IMG/VR virus record: IMGVR_UViG_3300020577_001702
Location: 5,656 to 69,655 of that record
Source: a virus
Taxonomy: Duplodnaviria > Caudoviricetes
Length of the DNA: 64,000 nt
Direction: 5' to 3' (one strand)
How positions within the stretch are numbered: position 1 is the stretch's first letter; each line of letters starts with the position of its first letter. Position numbers and translations under genes: made by a program. The notes below the pieces were generated by a model, which was not told where the DNA came from, made no database searches, and worked only from the letters and a program-made list of their open reading frames with translations. Positions 63,414 through 64,000 of this stretch are shown here, one piece after another.

Positions 63414-63703
63414 AGCCCCCAGGTGTCAGGCACCGGCACGCAGAAGATTTCTGCGCCTTCGGGGATGTCCACGTCTGCAATTGGGCGCAGATCGGCCTTG
63501 CTGGTGTTCTCGATGATTCCTGCGAACCCGACCGACTCCCACTTGAACACATGCAGGGCACGGGACAGTCGAATGCGTCCGTTCTCGCGGGTCACGTCAC
63601 CGGCAAAAATCCAGCCACGATCTACGACAACAATAGCTCGGGTTCCGGTTTTGGGTTGATTCTTGACGTATTCGACGCCGTTCACAACTATGGTGTTTTC
63701 CAT
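63410..63703 (-). CDS. Sm-like small protein (DUF6948-like)
   Basis: AIVVVDRGWIFAGDV...IRLSRALHVFKW; SD AAGGAG. Confidence 0.7.
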   Translation of the reverse strand: MENTIVVNGVEYVKNQPKTGTRAIVVVDRGWIFAGDVTRENGRIRLSRALHVFKWESVGFAGIIENTSKADLRPIADVDIPEGAEIFCVPVPDTWGL

Positions 63704-63726
63704 TTGAATCTCCTTAGATGGGTTCA

Positions 63727-63993
63727 TTACTTCCTCCTTGCCGCGTCACAGTACGCATCAATCGTCTCTAGTTCGTCCGGTTCGCAACGAATCCCACGAC
63801 CCAACAGTATCGGAAAGTCTTTGGCGGACAGGTACAGTCGAATAAACCGATACCGCTCCGCATCGTCCCGCAGCGCCTCGATCTCCTTCGCCTGCGCCTC
63901 CAGGGCGTCGGCTTTAACGCGACTTGCAAACCTCTCTAGGCTGTCGCGTGCGCTGCCGTGGTCGGCATATGCGCCATCGCTGTATTCAGCCAT
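63727..63993 (-). CDS. Hypothetical protein (88 aa)
   Basis: ALRDDAERYRFIR...ETIDAYCDAARRK pattern. Confidence 0.6.
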   Translation of the reverse strand: MAEYSDGAYADHGSARDSLERFASRVKADALEAQAKEIEALRDDAERYRFIRLYLSAKDFPILLGRGIRCEPDELETIDAYCDAARRK

Positions 63994-64000
63994 TTCAGCG

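Overview
GC-rich dsDNA tailed phage sequence, probably most of one genome. It looks podovirus-like: there is no tape measure, tail tube or sheath gene, three internal-virion genes close the structural block, the major capsid is N4-gp56-like, and no RNA polymerase is visible. It has two transcription blocks. A + strand morphogenesis/lysis block spans 6546-44017 (terS, terL, portal, scaffold, capsid, adaptor/nozzle, fibre-like genes, endolysin/holin/spanins, ejection proteins up to 2553 aa). A - strand early/replication block spans 6198 to 1 and 63993 to 44808 (AEP primase-SF3 helicase, PolA, SNF2 helicase, nucleases, SSB, ligase, ThyX, dCMP deaminase, MazG-like, DUF5664, DUF932, tyrosine recombinase). 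The most striking observations are five. (1) An attP-like locus at about 44430-44740 carries only the 5' half of tRNA-Asn, with its own stable-RNA-type promoter and arm-type repeats, i.e. a reversed-orientation att. (2) About 8.4 kb away is a catalytically intact integrase that lacks an arm-binding domain and overlaps a winged-helix gene in the -1 frame. (3) A type II hammerhead ribozyme plus a pseudoknot sits in an early leader. (4) A Gp49/66-RyR fusion may be a dual anti-defence protein. (5) Two copies of a GGAACA-iteron/IHF element 39 kb apart resemble a bipartite origin. All family names come from motif recognition by eye; no database search was run.
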